A stretch of DNA of 64,000 bases from Paraspadella gotoi (Eukaryota > Animalia > Chaetognatha): the NCBI GenBank assembly GCA_051294375.1, contig JBJCIZ010000239.1:277861-341860 (forward strand). The letters run 5' to 3'. Positions 1 to 13,691 of this stretch are shown here, one piece after another (positions within the stretch are counted from its first letter, which is position 1; each line of letters starts with the position of its first letter). The translations under genes were made by a program, and so were the position numbers. The notes beneath the pieces were generated by a model. It was not told where the DNA came from and made no database searches. It was given only the letters and a program-made list of their open reading frames with translations.

Positions 1-2489
1 TCACATCGGCAGCATCGAATCGAGTAGGTCGTCCTCGTCGTCGTCGTCGTCGTCGTCGTCTTCGAACGGACCTCGTCTTCTGACAGCAGCAGCGCAGGAA
101 GTTGCGACCGAATTCGGCGCGGCGGAGCAGTACGAAGCGGAGTCTGCGGGCTGGAGTCGGGTTAGCGTGTTTATTGTTAGACTGATAGACTGTCCGTATC
201 AATGAAAGTATGTCACTATACTTATCACTCTATCGCTCTAACCCTGAAGTGATAAGTGACAATAATAGCGAGTGTAATAATACCATTAAAGGGACAGTGA
301 CATTCATTATATTCTTGATAGTTACAATGATAATGATATGGATAATTATAGAGTTACTGACAAGAAGAGTGATAGAAAGGTAGTGATAGTATGTAGTTTA
401 ACAATAGTAATAATAATAGTAGACGTAGTCAGCGTCTAAGTGCGGGGTAGAAAAAGCGCGGGATTGCATCCTCGGAATGCCACAAGATTTTTATTTTTTT
501 TTTGTTAATGTTTTAAAAAATAAGGCCTGGAGTTAAATTTTGCTATATACCTCGCAGATATAAATTCAGTTAAGACGTTAATTTTTTCTCTCTCTCTCTC
601 TCTNNNNNNNNNNNNNNNNNNNNNNNNNGAGAGATAGAAGAGGGAGCCGAGAACGCCGTGTAACGGGGAGAAGAGAGACGCGAGGGTATAAGACGGAGAG
701 AGTCATGCCTGGAGGGACAGCGGAACGGAGAGGAGACGAGGCAAGAGGGGAAACGAGAGAGAGGAAGAGAGCCGGGAGGTGTAGCGCGGGGAGAAAGATG
801 AGGGAAGGGCGAACGAGAGGAGGAAAGTAGAGAGAGAGAAGAGCAGAGAGAACGAGAGAATTATTTTGATGTAGAGAGAGAAGAAGAGAGAGAGTCGAGA
901 GAGAGAGAACGAGAGAGAGGGAAGAGAGGAAGAAATGATGTATGGGTAAAATAAATGTTTTGAATCGTGCTTTCGTGATATCGGTTAGTATTGCGTTTAG
1001 TTCGGTTATTTGTTTGATATTTTGGATGAGCAAAAATGTGCAGTGTGTTTTAGACTGTTCCAGTGTCCGTTGTTGTGGCTGGGATATAACTTTTAAGGAA
1101 CAAAAAAAAAATAAGAAAAAGCGGGCGCGGGCGAGGCCGATGGAGGCAAGCCCCGCGCCCGGGGGCGGATCTCGTCTATCTGAGTATTCGCGGTATCTGT
1201 ATCTGTTTTGTCTGTTTTTTATTTATCTGTTTTTATGTGAGGTTTTATGTTTGACTATGGGTGTTGTATATCTTGATCTAGTGACGTATGCTATCTTTGT
1301 ATCTGGCCGAGCCCACGCGGCGGCGAGGAACGCGAGAAGGACGGCCACGTGTAGCGTGTGTCTATGTTTTTGTGTAATCTCCAAGTTTATATTGATTGTA
1401 TTATGTGAAGGCACGGGGCCCGGAGGGAGGAGGACACGCGCGAGGAGGGGGCAAACGGATCACGGCAGGGGGAGAGGAGGAGATGGGAGAAGAGGGACAG
1501 GGACGGGCAGGGAGACGGGACAGGTTTGCTGAGTTTTTCAGGTTGTTTTGCTGCGTAAGCCGATAGTAAAATTCTGTCGTGCGTTGATTGTATCTTTTCC
1601 CGGACGCCGAGCCCGCCAGAACGGCGCGTGCGGACGGCGCCGCCGCGCCGTCCTCTTGATTAGGTCTTTAGTTTTTTTTTTTTCTTGGTTTTTTTTTTTT
1701 TTTTTTATGTGCCGGCAACTGTCCTGCGCGCTGTGCTGTCAGTATGATGATTCTTATCCTGGGTCCTTGTCTTTCGAAGGATATTTCATTCGTTTATTCG
1801 ATCTGTACTTTTGTACGTATGTCGACTGAGCTTTGACGAACCTACTCCCGATCTCGATGCTGCCGATCTGTGAAGAAGGGTGATCGTCGGGTGGGAGAAG
1901 TTATTACTGTATTAAACGCGATGATGTGAGTGCTGTGACCGTCTGTATGAGTTTCAAGTTTGACAGTTTTAAAAACCCTGCTTGAGTGCTTGTGAGTTGA
2001 TTATAGAACGTGAAAATGGTAATTGGGAAAAGCAATAATTACTTGGTTTCCACCTTGATCTTTATTTTTTTTTTTAAGAATGTTAAAACAAAACTAATTA
2101 TTTATTGATTTTATTTTAAATTTGTTATAATATTTTCGGTTTTTGATAAGATATTTATTAATATAAACCATATTTATTCAAGTTGTGGATGGGGACGTAG
2201 CGTTGTCTTCTTGGAAATTAGTGTAGTGGTTGCATACTCTACACGAACCACCCCACAAGATTAGAATACTGTCTGGTTCAAGGTTTTCTTAATTGGATAT
2301 CCGTCACATCATTCCTCTTGGAAAATCGGCGGGTATAAATCGAGCAAGCTTAATGAATATCTATGTCCCAACGTCTGCCTTTCCGAACAAAAAAGAACAG
2401 GGGAATGAAAAGATACATTTTTTGAGGAGATTAGTTGGCTATTGGTTCACGGATTGTTTTTTATTCCATAATGCATAAGAAAATTGTTG

Positions 2490-3647
2490 ATCGGTGGAGC
2501 GAGTCATATGTGAGTGGTTGAAAAGGTATGGATCGTACAGGTCGGCGACGGTGGTCAAGGTGCACTGTGAAAACGATGCGCAGACGTACGAAAATGAAAT
2601 TGGCTGACGGAATGACGACTTGTTTCTTAGTGGGGCCCGAGTTTTCTGCTGAACGAGCGATTTTGCGTTTTTCTCGACCAAAGGCAGCTCTCTCTCTCTC
2701 GGCTCCCTCTCCCTCATCCTCGTGCTTGCTTGTTCTGTGTTTGTGTCTTCCTGCGCTGTCTCTCTCTCCTCTTGCTTCGGGTCTCTCTCTTCTCTTCTCA
2801 AACAGTCCTGAAACAAAGCCGTGTAATGCAAGGGTGGCAAATATTTTTTTTTCCCTGGGTGTTGTTTATTTTTTTTTATCTTTTTTTTGTAGCGTCTCTC
2901 GTGTGCCTAGTTGTCGCGGAATTTCGATTGGATTCGAGCTTAAATAGAACTTATATCCAACGCAGGTCGGCTGAGAAGCAGAAAGCGTCACGAACAGAGG
3001 ATTTTTTTTCATAAAACTTTCTCTTTGTCTTGTTACAAATGTTGATGGTAAACAAAAAAAAAATCTTTTCTCGCTTTCCCTTTCTATTTTATCTTCCTCT
3101 TTTCTTTCTTTCCTCTCTTGTGGCTTTCTTTGCCTTCTTGTGCTGTTTTCTTTCTGCCTTCCGAACGACTTTCGCTTCCAAGGAAGGTGCGTTAATCAGC
3201 GAAAAAAGAAAAAACGAAACGGACATGCAGCAGGTGTCCCGAGAGAGAGAAGATGAGAAGAGAAGACGAGGAGGGAGAGAGACGGCGAGACGGAAGTCGA
3301 GAGAGGGGAGACGGAGGGAGGAGGGAAGAGAAAGTGAGAGCAAGGGAGGTGAGGAGCGAGCGCGTGCGTAGAGAGAGAGGGGAGAGGGAGGAGAGAAAGA
3401 ATGAGGGAGAGACGAAGAGCGGGGAAGAGAGGAGAGATACTAGGAGACGAGAGACCTGCACACTCATTCGGAATAAAATAGACGGCATTGGAGTCTGAAA
3501 ACTCTAAAAGACCACAGGCGTCTTTTAGGGGTTCCGAGTCGCGTACACGCGGCCGTTCGGTCCTCTGGTTCGGAGTACGAGAAAAATAGAAAAGGAAGAG
3601 AAAACAAGAGAGAGATGAGAGAGAGAGAAAGAGAGGAGAGAGTTGGG

Positions 3648-3686
<39 letters not shown>

Positions 3687-4280
3687 GCGAGAGAGAAAGA
3701 GAGAGAGAGCAAGAGAGAGATGATAGGTATATAATAGAAAGAGAGAGAGAGAGAGAGAGGAGAGGAAAGAGAAAGAGAGAGATAGAATATATCATATATA
3801 AGAAAGAGAGCGAGAGAGAAGAAGTTGAGAGAGTAGAAAGAGTGAGAGAGATAGAGAGAGAGAGACGAGGAAGGAGAGGTAGAGAGAGAAATATGAGCCG
3901 AGAGAGAGGAGATAGAGAGTGGAGTGAGCAGTGAAAGATAAGAGAGAAGGAGCATAAGAAGAGAGTAGAGAAGATGCGAGAGAGCGTTTGAAGAGGAGAG
4001 ACGAAGGGGCGTACAATAAAAAGCCCGCCGAAAAAAATGAAAGATGAAAGAGACGAGAATCGTGAGAAGAAAAGAGAATTTCTAGAGAAATGAGAACGAA
4101 GAACCGAAAGAGGCTCTCTTTCTCTTTTTTCTCTTTTGTCTTTCTCTAACCTTGTCTCTCTCTCTCCTTCGCTTTCGCAGTGATGGAAGCAGAAAATGCC
4201 AGGAGCTGAAGGGCTGAGGAAATTTTAAGGCAAAAGGTAAGCAAATCGAAAGAAGGGAAAGCAGAGAGAGAGAGAGGAGA

Positions 4281-4311
<31 letters not shown>

Positions 4312-7300
4312 CTTGAAAAAGGTGATGTGAATGAGATTGGAAAGCGAATTGGCCTGAGGCGACGAGAAAAAATAAAAAGAAGCGATGTGAAGAAGGTAAC
4401 CAAGAAAAAAGTTAAAATACAAATGAAATAGAAATAAAAACAAACAAAAACAAAAACAAACAAAAATACAGAAAATTAGATGTAACTGGCAAGGAAAAAA
4501 GAAAACTTAGTATGATTGCCGTAGGATTTTTTAAAATTAGTATATCAAAATAGAGAAAGGAATAATTTTTTTCAAAACCCAGAAGGAGAAACGAAAGAAG
4601 ATTAGAAAGAGAAGGAGCAGACGGGAACGCAAAAAACAACGACGTCCTTTTCGCGCTATATAGACAGACCTGAAAGTGCCAATTACTCGGAAATTTATGC
4701 AGGAAGGATTAGTTTAAATAATAAAAGTATAATTAAATACGATTAAAAAACTGAATCGATTCCATCGGACAAAGAAGTAATTTTTTCCACATATTTATTT
4801 TAGCTTTAATCGCTATTGCTTTTAAACTTATAAAAAACTAATCCCGAAGCCATACCCAAAAACTCTTATCCCTAATTTATTGGTAGTGTATCACAGCGCG
4901 CGCGAGGATGCCGATACGAGGGCTGCACGCGTAGTAAGAAGCGCGTCGCAGAGGGTCGATACTGTATCGAGTATATTAAGTGAGGGGACCACGCGGTAGT
5001 CTGGACGTGAGGGTTGCCGATCCGAGAAGCCAGCTAACAGGTCTGCTCAGAAAGGCTATAGACAGTCTAGGAGCGATGTATGCGTATGATATAAATGCGT
5101 ATGATGCAATGCATTAAACCTCTATTCAGCAATGCTCGTAAGTCATAACCTAAATTCATTAAGCACAAATCATTAACGCTATATTTATATTATCCATGCT
5201 ATATGCTTAGCGATCATTAACAAATATAATTAACCCTAATCCCTAATTCGTTTATCCTAAGTCATTAAAAAAAAAATTACCAGAATTCCTGCGTATTTCA
5301 GCTTTAAAATGAGGCGCCGTATCTTGGAAAAAAAAAAATCCGATTTAAGGGAGGATTTTCCGAGCCAGTCCTTTCTCAACACTCGCTCGCCATCCTCTTC
5401 CTTTCTCCAGCTCCATCAGTCGTCATGACTGTCGCTACCTCATTCGACTCCTCTCAGCACAAGTCTGGAGTACTCGCGTCCAAAGGAGTACGGACGCTGG
5501 CGACTACCCCGCTCCAACCGTCTTCAACTCGGTCTGGGCGGGGTCAGCTCTCCAGCCCCATCAAAGTCTCCGTCAAGAGTGGTGATGAGTTAGGGATGGG
5601 GGTGTGTTGATGGAGTGTTTGGATTGGAGCGTGTGGTGAGAATTAGTAGTGAATTAACGAATAAATAAAACGGAATAGATATTTGACTGAATAAATTATT
5701 GATAAAAACTGTTTAAATGAACGATAAATAAAGCGAATTTAGAATATAAGTAGTTTATTGAAGAGGAATTACATGAAGTGAATCGAAGTACATGAATGGA
5801 TGAATGAAAGTATTAAGATAAACGAATAACATAAATGAACGAATAAATAAATGAATTAGATAATTTGACTGAACTGAATTAATTGATGAAAAACAGTTAA
5901 TGGGATAAATGGATAAATAAACGAATTTAAAATGGAAATTAATTTATAAGGAAAAAGTATAAAATTGTGATAGCAGCAACGAGTTGTAATTTCCTTATAT
6001 TCCCAAACGCAACGAAAAAGTAAGTGAAATTATCAACAATGAATTAATTCAATAAAAGGAGATTCCTGAATGAATGATATCATGAGAGCTGAGAGCCCGT
6101 TAATAACGAATAAATGAACGATGAATGAATAAATAAATGAGTGAATGCAGGAGTGAATTATGACTGAATGAAATGCTTCTCTTTAATGACAAAGCACAAC
6201 GACCAACACTGATAACATCCGCAGAAAAAATCCCTCGGTTTCTCTTAGATTAAAAAGTGATGAACCCGAAATGTCAGGAACCTAAGGACGAGTATAAGGA
6301 TAATAAGGATTGACGAGAACCGACGACCGACGACGAAAACGATGACCACGAACGGAATTGTAACACATCTTTCATTGACGGAACCACCAGTGTAGTAAAC
6401 AAAATACTGTGCCTCTACTGTCCTCCCCTCTCTATCTCTCTCCGTCTCTCATCTCGTAATCGGCGTCTCTCTATCTCCTCTTCCTCTCTCATCTCCTCTC
6501 TCTCTCATCTCTCTCTCTGCATCCAGGACTTCCCGAGTTCTCCGTGAGCCGCGCGGTTTTCTTATCAAGCCATGAATCGGCGTCGGTCGTTCTGCGCTGC
6601 GAGCCAGAGCCTCTTGCCGACATCGGCTTCAAGAATCGACTGGTCAGGGATAGGAGGCAAATTACTCCATTAAAGAGGTACTTTCGGGTGTCGGGATTGG
6701 ATTGGGTCAGTGACGGGAGCAAATACTCATTAGAGAGGTAAAGAGTCGGGATGACTGTTTTAAATAAAGGACAGGAAGCATGAGAAGAAATTCTGGCCAT
6801 TGAAAGAGGTCAAGGAGTTGGATTGACTGCTTAATACATAAAAGGCAGGAGCATTAGGAGCAATTCATTCATAAAAGAGCGTATGCGAAAAGCTTAGAGT
6901 CGGGAAGTTGACTGTTAATAAATTAAAGAAGGAACATGCGGAGAAATTAATGATGCGCCGCTATATATAGCGGAGTAATGACAGGTCGGGTCGAAGATGA
7001 GGATTGGACTTGTTATGAGAGATATATAAAATTATACGAAGGATACAGGGGCAGGCATTAGGCGCATTACAAAAGGACATATAAAGAGGTAAGGAGTCGG
7101 GATTGACTGGTTAATAAATAAGGGACAGGAACGTGAGGAGCATTACTCCAATCAAAGGGATAAGGGATAAAGGCAGAAATTGTACTCATAACGTTACGAC
7201 AATAAGAAAAGAAAGAACATTATTTATACCTGAAACAGCGATGCGAGATTGCATGGGAGCGTGATGTAAACGCACAAACTGTGGTGGCTATTGTGCGCAT

Positions 7301-9378
7301 CTATAGTCATAGAGAGAGTCAAAGTGTATTACGCTTTGATGGCCTCTCTCGGTCGAAGATTGAGAGATCGATTCTTACTTATCGGTTGAACAGCAGAATG
7401 CGACTGTACTCAGTAAATGAGGCAAAGATGTCAAAACACAAAGCGATAACAAAAAAACAAAGGATACAAAAGAAAACAAAGCGATATGCACGCATTAGCG
7501 TATCAGTAAGGCACATGTTGTAGGCGTAGTAGAATCGACCGTATGTACTGTGCTAAGCAATAGCAGGAATATCAGCCCCGTATTTTTTTTGAGACGACGC
7601 CTCTTCTGATCGTCCCTGCGCCCTCTTACTAGCACCTCATCTCTGGCGGACCTGCGCCCGTTTCCTAAATCCGTCGCCAATCTACTACACTCCCTAGCGC
7701 CACTTCTTTAGCACCCTGCGCCTTTTCTACACCCATGTGCCCTCTTATACACCTGCCGCACCTGCCCGTCTTCTGACACCCCCTTGGCGCTCCTCTCTAA
7801 CACCCCTTGCGCCTCTTCTATACCATCACATCTCTCCCTTATTTGAGCTACACCACTGCGAGCACTCCCGTTCTTCACAACCCCGTCCAAATACTCCAGT
7901 CGAAACGCACTTCGGAGAAGGGAGGAACCTAGCGCATGCGATCGCTCTACGAGGCGGAAAGATGCAGGAGTCTACATGTGCCGCAATACGTGAATCACGT
8001 GAAAGATGTGTCTACGCACGTCACAGCGCGCAGGCGTTATCAATCGAACGTGAGCAAGAGGGAGGAAAAAAGAAAGAGAGAAATGGGAGGAAATTGAAAG
8101 CAAAGCAATATGGAAATCTAGGAAACGAGAAAGAATAGCAAAGCCAAATGAGTGAGTAGAAAAGGAGGAGGAAAGCAAAAGCCAATGAGGATGAGGAAAA
8201 GAGGAAAGGGAAAGCAAGCAGCCGATGAGGAATAGGAAGGGAGAAATGAGCAAAGGCCATGAGGATAGGAAGGAGGAAAGGAAAGCAAAGCATGAGGAAT
8301 ATGACAAGAGGAAGGAGAAGCAAAAGCCAAGTGAAAGAAGTAGTAAAGGAGTAAGGAAATGGGAGAAGGAAATAGGAAAAGGAGTACGGAACATTAAAAA
8401 AAAAAAATAGGGATCATGAAATAGAGAATCGGCGAGAAGAGGCGATACGTGAAAGAGATAGAAGGAGAAGGTGAAAAAAAGAGAGAGGATAGGAATAATA
8501 AGTGATAAAAAAAAAGAAAGAAAGATATTAATCCACACGAAAAAAGTATCAAAGGAAGTGAAAGGAATGTATAGGAATGAAAACTAAATGCGGAGAAAAT
8601 GCGCAATTCCCGTTTTATGGCGGTAGCGCCGGAGACTAAATAGAGTACAAAAGAAGATAGAGCCAAATTGGGCCGGTGCCCCCGCGTAATGCCAGCTCAA
8701 GCTGCAGCGAAAACGTTCCGTCTTCAAGTGCGCGGACTCCTCACAGGGCAACTCGCTCCGAAAACGTGACGATTGGAAATAGCGGGTCGTCTTCTCAGCT
8801 CAACTCGGAGTGCTTCCCAGGTGATTTTTCATATGTTTCCTTTGTTATATATTAGTAATTCTCTATAATTTTTCCACTTTTTCGGTTGGTCGTCGGTCGG
8901 TATGTCCGTCCGTGGTCTGTCCTACATTTTGTTAAGAAAAAATGCTCACGACTCCGCTCTAAGTTGGTTGCTCATTTGTTTAAGAAAAAAACTCTGAAAG
9001 ATCTAAGTGACTGCTAGCGCCGACTTCGGGAAATCTTAAACTATAAAGAATAAAAGACGGAATTTCGATGCAGCGCTGTCATAAATATTTGGGCTGAAGA
9101 AAGTCACTTCGCACATGGAGACCGATCATGATTTATCTTTAAGTTTCCATTTGTTTGTCTCGTTGATTTGTTTTTGTTTTTTTTTTCGTTTGTTTTTTTT
9201 TTGTTTTTTTTTTTTGGGTTTGCTTCTTTGATAAACGGTTACCTTGTAAAAAATTCGCGGAAAAATCAAAAAAACGAGAAAATCGGTTTACGGCTTCGTC
9301 ACTACTCTTGAACACAACATATCCGCAGATGGACGTTAGCAACTTGCGAGCCTTTCACCTTGTATCTGCTAATTGTAC
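2490..9378 (+). CDS. Sidestep/nephrin-like Ig-superfamily protein (Ig, Ig, FN3), partial and indel-noisy; exons at ~2490-2630, 5411-~5580, 6517-6677, ~8665-8820, ~9275-9378
   Basis: Fragments read across frameshifts: VVKVHCENDA (Ig start), VQRS.DAGDY..TVFNS..G..SPIKVSVK (Ig F/G strands), VVLRCE...DW (next Ig), TFRLQVRG..ENVTIGN..ECFPG and VSNLRAFTLYLLIV (FN3). The order matches Sidestep-family architecture. Confidence 0.6.
6636..7160 (+). repeat. ~70-bp degenerate tandem repeat derived from the exon end plus donor at 6677
   Basis: Recurring GGATTGACTG...TTACTCCATTAAAGAG|GTAAGGAGTC-like units. Confidence 0.65.
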
Positions 9379-12300
9379 CGCTCCCCCCCTCTCCTTCTGC
9401 ACCCCCACTTCATTTCATTTGAAAACCTCACCGTCCTTGCTTTTTTCCTTACTTTTCCTCCTTTTCCATCTTTTTCCCCGTTAATCCTTTAAAAAACCAT
9501 GATTAATTCAATTATTTTCGCAACGGCTTTAAGAAAATCCGCGTTTAACCGGGAAGAGTGAAAATAATGTATTATAAATGTATAAGTTAAAAAAAATAAA
9601 ACACTAGGATGTGGGTGAGAAAAAAAATATCTTTTAATATCCCTTTATTTGCTAGTCTTTCCTTGTTTTATCTTTGGCGATTGGGTTCACGGCCTGGTTT
9701 TAACTGTGCATTGTAATCTAGCTGACTTGTATTTTTTTATAGTATACACAATATAGTATGCAAAACTAGTGAGTTCCGATTAACGCCGTTATTTGTTTGA
9801 GGAACATAGTCGCTGCCGTTGTAAATAGCTAAAGGTGCTTGATTAGATGGTATAACGAGCCCGGTTATAAGATCGGGTTACGTTTTTATAATTATAATTT
9901 GTTAAATTTAAAATATTAAATATTCGAAAACTAACCTAAAGATTTCAATTGGTATTGCTTCTCCTTAACTCGGGCTACTGAATGCGTAGCCTTTGATCTG
10001 TTATAAATTTAGATAGGAGATGAGGTACCATTATACGTTGAATTAAATGAGAAATTGGTTGGAAAAAGACAGCATATAGATAGGGGAGCAATTTTTGTCT
10101 TTTGCCTCCAGGAGTGATATAAAATATGAAAGAAGAGACACAGACTGAAAGAAAAGCACAATGTAATCTTTAATTCTGTATATTTTGTTTTTCATTTCTC
10201 TATCTTTTTTCTTTCTTTCTTTCGTTTTTTCAGCTTTTTCTTTTTTTTATTTCTCTCGTCCTCATTATTTTGTAATCCAGTTGTTATGTCATTCTTGAGA
10301 AGCATGTATTGTTCTGTTGTTATCTTCTAAACATGACATAATTAATATGAATTATCGATATTGTGTTAAGACTTTCTCTTACGTTGCGTTTATAGTTAAG
10401 TGAAAGCAAAGTGTTATATTGTTTTAAAGCAAACACAGGTTGTTTATTTAAAAAAAAGGACATGTTCGACTGCTCGGGACGGCGGCTGAATGGTAGACTC
10501 GGAAAACTAGGAGTCGCAAACATGATCCGTATTTTATGGGGAATAAAGAAACCCGTTGCTGGTTGTAAAGGCCAATAACTTTGTTTATCTCTTAATTACG
10601 AACTATGCAATTTATTAATCTGAATGTTGAAGAATGAATCGGATGAAAAATTGAAAGAAAAAAGCTAAAACAAAGGAAATAAGAAAGATTAATTGTTATT
10701 TTTTTAATTTAGCACAATAAGAAAGGTTATCTTGCATGTAAAATTTGATCTTGAAAAAAAAAAGTATGCAGATGCCATATTTATCAATATTCAAAATAGT
10801 TCTTTGATGTACAATGTTAAATTAGCTAAAGGAAAAACGAAACAATTGGGAGATAAGAAGTAAAAAAAAAAACCGAAGGGCAGAAAACATGATAATGATT
10901 AGGATGAAAAGATTAAAAGGGTTGAAAATAACAAAGAAAAAAAAGGGAAATGTAGAACACGAGAGAGGCGGGAAAAATATAGTGAGAAAGGAAGAGGAGA
11001 ATAAGGAAAATTTTTTCTTAAAAAATCTAGTTTTCATAACAAAATCAATATGCTTGAAATTAACCGTAATTTTAAACCGTATAAAAGTAATATATTAGAC
11101 GTGTGAAGTTAAATTGATTTTTACCGTTAATTAACCGTTAACTGTTAACGTTATCGGAACCCTAATTCAAACTAATAAACCAGAAAAATAGTACTCTTCA
11201 AATCTATAAAAAAAACTCTCTACTTATATTCTCGAAAATTTAAAAAAAGGATGATTAATCTTTTTTATTTAAATATTAACATTATTCTAAAAAGATAATT
11301 TTAAAAAAGTTTTTTTTAGGACGTTAACACTGCACGACTTTTGTATCATTCTGTTTTCCCGACGCTCTGCTGGTTATAAAAAACTTGTTTTTTAGTTGCC
11401 GGCCGCGGACGTAAATCGCGGAGAAATTCTATAAAACACTTTTCTGCGGTCGTCAGTGGTTGTTTATCCGTTGGACTGCTCACAATTCCGCCATAGTTTG
11501 TTGCCCTCATTTTGAGAAGACGGGCGGAAAAAAAGCCTCGAATCTAAGTTACTGGCGCGCGCCGCTTTTTAGAAATTCTAGAACCTATAAAGAATAAAAG
11601 TCGATTTCCGATGCCGTGCCTACGCGTCAATGACAACGATCACAAATTGTGGAACAGTAAATGGATCAAAGTGAAAAGAAAGCTGCACCTGGCGGCGCAA
11701 CACGCTTGGACTGCATCCAATCAGCGTTTCTCACGAATCTCTTTATTTGTTTTTATCATCTTACTCTTGCACTGCTCGCATTTTCCTCTCTTATCTCTTT
11801 TATTTTCTCTCTTCTTTAATTCTTCCAAATCAATTTTTTTTTATCATAACTTTTTAATGATAATTTTTTTTCATTAGTTTTTTCCGCCTTAATTTCTCTT
11901 TCCTCTTCCCTTTTTTTCAAAGTATTCGTTTTCACTGACGTTTTGTTTTCACATTTTCTTTCATTGTGATCGTCGTCGTCGTCGTCGTCGTCTTCGTTGA
12001 CGCCATGGAGATTTCAATTTGTCGCATCGACAAAAGGTTTTTCATTAACTCTCTCTCTCTTGCCCTCTCTCTCTATCTTGAAAGAGCTAATTCAAAAACA
12101 ATATGGGCAGAGAAAATTTCGCTGATGCAATACTTTTTTTCTTTCTCCTTCCATCTTCGCTCTCTCGCTTCGCTTTCGACACCGTTGACGTTTTTTTTTT
12201 TTGATCGGTCGGTCTGTCGGTCGGTCGGTCGGTCTGTCGGTCGGTCCGTCTGTCCTACTTACGTTTCAAATGATCATAACTCGGATGATACTTTGTCGGT

Positions 12301-13406
12301 TGCTCTTTTACGCTGACGTAATCACCCAAAAATACACGCTATAAGAAAGTCACCGCGGGCCAACGCATTAGAATTTACGTTTCTTGTTTTCTGTTTTTTT
12401 TTAGCTGGTTTTTTTTTCTGTTTTTTTTTCTTCTAATTTCTTCGCCACAAAAAAAAATGTGATTATCGAGTTTCGTCGCCTCTACTTCACTCGCGCGAAG
12501 AAAATTCGTTTCCTCACATCTTTTTTTTTTTGCCGAAAAGTAAAACGAGAGATGAAAAAAAATGCCCAGAAAATTCAATGATGCGGTGACAAGACCACGA
12601 ATGGTCAGGCGCATGAACGAAGCAAATAATAATAAAAAAAACTCATTGATTTAGGGACCAATTGAATGAAAGAGCAGATGTATCATTGGATAGACTGACA
12701 AATTAACCATAAAGCAACTAGTTTTTAATTGCCTAATCGACCCTTGCACTTATATATCGATTGACTGACTGACTGACTGATTGACTGACCATACTTTTTT
12801 TTATAAGATCGATTCAAATAATTTCAATTTTCTCAAGAGGTCGACTTTCATATTTTCTGATTTTCATAAGATCAATTCCCCAGATTAACTTTTTAGAATT
12901 GTACTAAAACTATCTGGGGAGATGCTTATAATCAACTCCCTCATCAAAAAAGCTTCTTATGAGGATGCCTCGTTGCTTCTAAAAATAGGTTTGTGTGCCT
13001 CAATGCCGTTTTAAACTCTCTCTCTCTCTCTCCTTCTCTCTCTCTCTCTCCCTCTCTCCCTCTTCTTCCATACTCTTTTTCTCGATCTCTCTTCGTCTCT
13101 AACTCTCTCGCTCTCTTTACTTTCTTCTTTCTTTTCTTTCTTTCTTTCTTTCTTTCTTTTCTCTCTCTCTCTCTTCCATACTCTTTTTCTCCTTTTCTCC
13201 TCTCTCCTCTCTTCTCTCTCTCTTCTCTCTCTCTTTCTCTCTCGTCTTCTCTCTCTCTCTCTCTCTCTCCACTATATTCTCTCCTTCCCGTTTTTTAATG
13301 AGAATCTGATAGATAATTATGAAAAAACCTTAAAGTCGGGCGAGATGACCACGTTATTTCCACACCTCTTTTCTCTTCTCTCTCTCTCTCTCTCTTTTTC
13401 TCTCTG

Positions 13407-13457
<51 letters not shown>

Positions 13458-13691
13458 TCTCTCTCTCACTCTCCGACGCCGAATTCAATAGGAGAAGCTG
13501 GACGAGGCTTTCACGATGCGAGATGATGAATGACGCGGCGACGACGAGTAATGAACCGGACACTATGATTTTTAGACAGAAGGAAGAACAGGGGACAAGT
13601 GGGAGAAGCAGAACGAGAGAGAGATGAGAGAGAGAGAGAACGGAGGAGAGAGGAGAGGAGAGAGAGAGAGAGAGAGAGGAGTCATATACTC

